A stretch of DNA of 52,009 bases, counting the filler, from Sphacelaria rigidula (Eukaryota): NCBI GenBank assembly GCA_964200075.2. It is 4 parts of 4 records of this genome, joined end to end, with 100 filler letters (N's around TTAATTAATTAA, not from the genome) between each part and the next. Parts side by side here need not be neighbours in the genome. Positions count along the whole stretch, not along the records: positions 39,086 to 52,009 come from CAXNAA020003295.1; 3 more parts are not named here. One strand, written 5' to 3'. The stretch's first letter is position 1; every line of letters begins with the position of its first letter. The translations under genes were made by a program, and so were the position numbers. The notes beneath the pieces were generated by a model. The model was not told the origin of the DNA. It searched no databases and was given only the letters and a program-made list of their open reading frames with translations. Shown here one piece after another: positions 50,301 through 52,009 of this stretch.

Positions 50301-50610
50301 CCATTTTCGCACACAAGCAATATCTCGACGACACAGACGACTTGGGTCGTGATCTGTACATCCCATTAATCGTCCAATCAAGGGGAAGGTGCCCATCTGC
50401 TCAAACCCTGGGGCAGTTTTTTCTCATTGATTCAACCCAAGTCTAGTCATTTCTACACGGTAATAAGATAGCCCCCATACTAAAATCTATTTGAAACCCC
50501 GGACAATGTATGCAGTGGATGATGCCGAGTGTTGGTGTGGACATTCCCTGGAGCACAGGTAGGCGGTAGATACCCACCGTCATCTTCACCTGATTCATCT
50601 ATATCGAGAT

Positions 50611-50879
50611 ATGTGTGTGTTGATGACCCGTTTATTTTGGGCACCAATCTACGCTTTTCGGTATATGTGGGCGCATTAGCCGGCGTTACACAGGAGTTTT
50701 TTCTTTTTATTCCTTCTGCAGTGCTTGCCTTTATTTTTCATCGCGAGAGGGGTCCAGCAGTCGCTCCCCACTGTTGGGCATGGTGTGAGAAAAGATCACA
50801 GATCGCTCCGGGAATCGAACCCTCCTACTCAACCATTAGAAGGCTATGTGGTCACCATCTGAGCCACCGGGGCAACCGG
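50611..50879 (-). mobile_element. tRNA-headed SINE, family B, with (CA)n tail
   Basis: Head GCCCCGGTGGCTCAGATGG...GGGTTCGATTCCC. Body (CGGTATATGTGGGCGCA, CATCGCGAGAGGGGTCCAGCA) is shared with 39252-39500 and partly with 24983-25070. Confidence 0.8.
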
Positions 50880-52009
50880 TAGTTGTGGCGCACAAAATTT
50901 ATATTCTAAGATCAATGTATTACGAGCATGGACACTAAATACACTAAATCTGAATATCGCGTCTCGGTTTTTGAGAGTTGTGCGTTGAACTTTTGCGTGG
51001 AGAATCGCTAGCGCAGCGCATTATATGATTAAAATTAAAATAAATCTTCGGTAGTTTCTTCATTTGTGTCGTCTTTTTAGGGGAGTTTGGAGGGAAAATG
51101 AACATCGCTGTTGGACCTTACCTCAGTGTTTCAGCTCAATTTTCATCAGTGATTGGAAACTTGGCGTGAAGAATCGCAAAGTTATGCTGAATAAAACAAA
51201 GATGGGGCATCATTTTTTTCTTGGAGAGCTCAGGGCGTTATCATGATGAAATGATCGTTGCCACACTAGAACACCCTGAACCAGTGAAATATGTCTATAA
51301 AAACAAATCTGACCCGCTAATTTCGCTTCATACCGCCCTAGCGAGGTCCCACATGAAATTTCAATACACAAACATCATGCGTGGGCCGGTTACTATTATC
51401 ACGGCCCATTCTCGCCTCGATTTGAAGAGTTGGACCCTAATTTTTGGCTGACTTGAGTAGAGCATATATACATTCCGTATTTTTTTCCTCATTTAGACCC
51501 GAAGATTTTTTTTTTCATTAATTGAAAGCCATACTCACTCTTCAGTTTCCAGTGAAATGCAATCAAATCATGGAAGAAAGAGGAAATGGGTCTTCAAATT
51601 TTTTTTTGGATTTTGCCCTACTTATTGTCCATACCAAATTTTAGGGTCCATCTCTAGAAATTGGGGTGAAAATGGCCCTGCAAACTACAAATCCGCTTCT
51701 GTGGTGGCCCAGCTCGTAGGGAGCGGCCTTACTGAAAAAAACGGATCTGAAAAGTAATTTCGTTCGCTTTTTTATGCGATAGCCAACCGGTTGATTTCAA
51801 AATAGAGTTCGGCAAGTGATTTCTCTTACCAATATCCCAATGAGTTTTCTTCTCAAAAAAAGCGAAATTTCAAGAGATATCGTGCTTTTTGCTTTGCCCC
51901 TCAGTAACCCCCCCCCCCCCCCTACCAGAAAATATAGCAACTCATTTGAGGCTGTCATCCAAATGCAAGATTATCAGTAGGCTTCGGGCAGAACAATCTT
52001 GGCAAGATG

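Noticed and set aside
50804-50873. Functional tRNA gene (Arg-UCU or CUA suppressor)
   Set aside because: The D and T stems do not pair properly, and the sequence runs directly into a dispersed repeat body and (CA)n tail, so it is a SINE head.

Overview
Eukaryotic, intron-rich and repeat-rich DNA, most likely from a brown alga (Phaeophyceae), judging by an Ectocarpus-type LRR-ROCO gene. The window is almost certainly four unrelated contigs (1-12931, 13032-25958, 26059-38985, 39086-52009; lengths 12931/12927/12927/12924) joined by N44-TTAATTAATTAA-N44 spacers, so adjacency across spacers is not meaningful. Three genes are well supported. (i) A minus-strand spliced LRR-GTPase of the ROCO family (31523 to 26261, cut by the contig end) has an N-cap exon, one intact 72-nt LRR exon, a 24-nt micro-exon and three ROC exons. 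Its LRR exon sits between two ~97%-identical 143-bp intronic direct repeats, with decayed LRR pseudo-exons on both sides, which looks like a snapshot of LRR exon shuffling. (ii) An uninterrupted ORF encodes an all-Cys PHD/ADD-like finger plus an atypical bromodomain (22285-23508). (iii) A minus-strand MORN-repeat gene probably starts with an MGCSSS acylation motif (43128 to 40900). The rest is mostly non-autonomous mobile DNA: tRNA-headed SINEs, MITEs, a TIR-bounded array of 42-bp palindromic units, a foldback element carrying a nested hAT-type insertion with an 8-bp TSD, and a ~175-bp tandem repeat. All calls are by eye; no database search was run.
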